From positions 224,001-288,000 of the forward strand of contig JASGJN010000022.1 in the NCBI GenBank assembly GCA_049840735.1: a stretch of DNA of 64,000 nucleotides, given 5' to 3'. The stretch comes from Anaeromyxobacter sp. GTDB lineage: Bacteria; Myxococcota; Myxococcia; Myxococcales; Anaeromyxobacteraceae. A program made the position numbers and the translations under genes. The notes under the pieces were generated by a model, which saw nothing but the letters and a program-made list of their open reading frames with translations, was not told where the DNA came from and ran no database searches. Positions 63,134 through 64,000 of the stretch are shown piece after piece. Positions within the stretch are counted from its first letter, which is position 1, and each line of letters begins with the position of its first letter.

Positions 63134-63308
63134 GCCGCCAAGGTGGGCACGTGCCTCTGCCGAGGCCTGAGGCCTGAGGCCTCACATGGACCAGATCGGG
63201 ACCCGGCCCGGCGAGCAGGCCCCCGCCGCGCCGGCCGTGCTGCTTCGGGGTGGAGACATCGCCGGCCCGCTGTGCCTTGATCGTGGGGTGGCCGAGGAGG
63301 AAACGGTC

Positions 63309-63602
63309 ATGGCGAATGGGTTCGACGTCGTGCTGTGGCTATCCGGGACCTTCGACGCGGGCGCGGCCGCGCGCCTGGTCAGCGCGCTCAAGGCCATGCG
63401 CCCGGGCGCCTCCATCCTGATCGACTTCTCGGAGGCCCGCGAGGTCTCCAGCGTGGCGCTGGCCGGCATCGCCGCCGCGCTGGTCGGGCGCCCGCGCGCG
63501 CTCTTGCGCGGGTTGACGCGGAGCCAGTGGCGGCTGCTGGGTTACCTGGGGCTGGCCCCCAGCGCGCCGCCGCAGGAGGAAGCGGGCCCGCCGCGGGACT
63601 GA
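63309..63602 (+). CDS. Small STAS-like protein
   Basis: GAGGAGG RBS; LSGTFD, ILIDFS, LRGL...LLGYLG. Confidence 0.6.
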   Translation: MANGFDVVLWLSGTFDAGAAARLVSALKAMRPGASILIDFSEAREVSSVALAGIAAALVGRPRALLRGLTRSQWRLLGYLGLAPSAPPQEEAGPPRD

Positions 63603-63664
63603 GGCCGGCCCACGCTGTCGGCACGCCACTGGACGGCGGGGCGGGCGGGCGCTAAGCACGGTGA

Positions 63665-64000
63665 GTGCTCACGCCCGACGCCGCGCTCCGCCGCCTCCTC
63701 GCCGCGCTCAGCGGCGCCGCCCCGCTCCCCGCCGAGCGGGTGCCGCTGCTGGACGCCCTCGGGCGCGCCCTCGCGCTCGACGTGCGCGCCCGCGACGACC
63801 TCCCGGCCTTCGACGCCGCCACCATGGACGGCTACGCGCTGCGGGCGGCCGACGCCCGCGCCGCCGGAGCCCGGCTGCCGGTGGCGTACGAGGTGCTGGC
63901 CGGGCACCCCGCCGCCGGCACGCTGCCGCCGGGGACCTGCTGCCGCATCACCACCGGCGCCCCGCTCCCGCCGGGCGCCGACGCCGTGGAGCAGCAGGAG
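63665..64000 (+). CDS. moeA: Molybdopterin molybdotransferase, 5' part
   Basis: Read manually: ERVPLLDALGRALA...PAFDAATMDGYA...RITTGAPLPPGADAV. Confidence 0.9.
   Translation, partial: MLTPDAALRRLLAALSGAAPLPAERVPLLDALGRALALDVRARDDLPAFDAATMDGYALRAADARAAGARLPVAYEVLAGHPAAGTLPPGTCCRITTGAPLPPGADAVEQQE

Noticed and set aside
1..64000. CRISPR array, cas genes, rRNA or intact tRNA
   Set aside because: No regularly spaced repeats or cas motifs; the only tRNA-like sequence lacks a proper D arm and anticodon stem

Overview
Very GC-rich chromosomal segment whose gene content and codon style point to Myxococcota, probably Anaeromyxobacter-like (inference from TIGR04551-type protein, NapC-type multiheme cytochrome and gene order). 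It carries polysaccharide/LPS genes, a ribose-type sugar ABC transporter, the argH-lipoprotein-lysA-dapA-dapB-FAH-folK cluster, kpsF/aldolase/transaldolase, aroF, an alpha-glucan locus, mntP, a DHS-like enzyme, a long hybrid histidine kinase, a hexaheme cytochrome and the start of moeA. Single-base frameshifts in spmA, a transglutaminase, lysA, the GH119 amylase and the kinase look like long-read errors. Main leads: (1) a four-gene transposon at 51.7-55.3 kb (DUF6431-like protein, Mu/TnsB-like DDE transposase, ExeA/TnsC-like ATPase, and a small protein resembling a catalytically dead IS110/RuvC domain ending in a beta-clamp-like motif QIQLL), lying between tRNA-Gly-derived remnants; (2) a MalZ-like GH13 protein lacking its nucleophile and acid/base and fused to a Zn ribbon, upstream of a structured leader and a GH119-GH31 pair; (3) a J-domain protein with MshEN-like repeats; (4) an HNH nuclease gene behind an SOS box; (5) a two-kinase hybrid sensor; (6) a REP-like repeat family. 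All family assignments come from motif recognition by eye; no searches were run.
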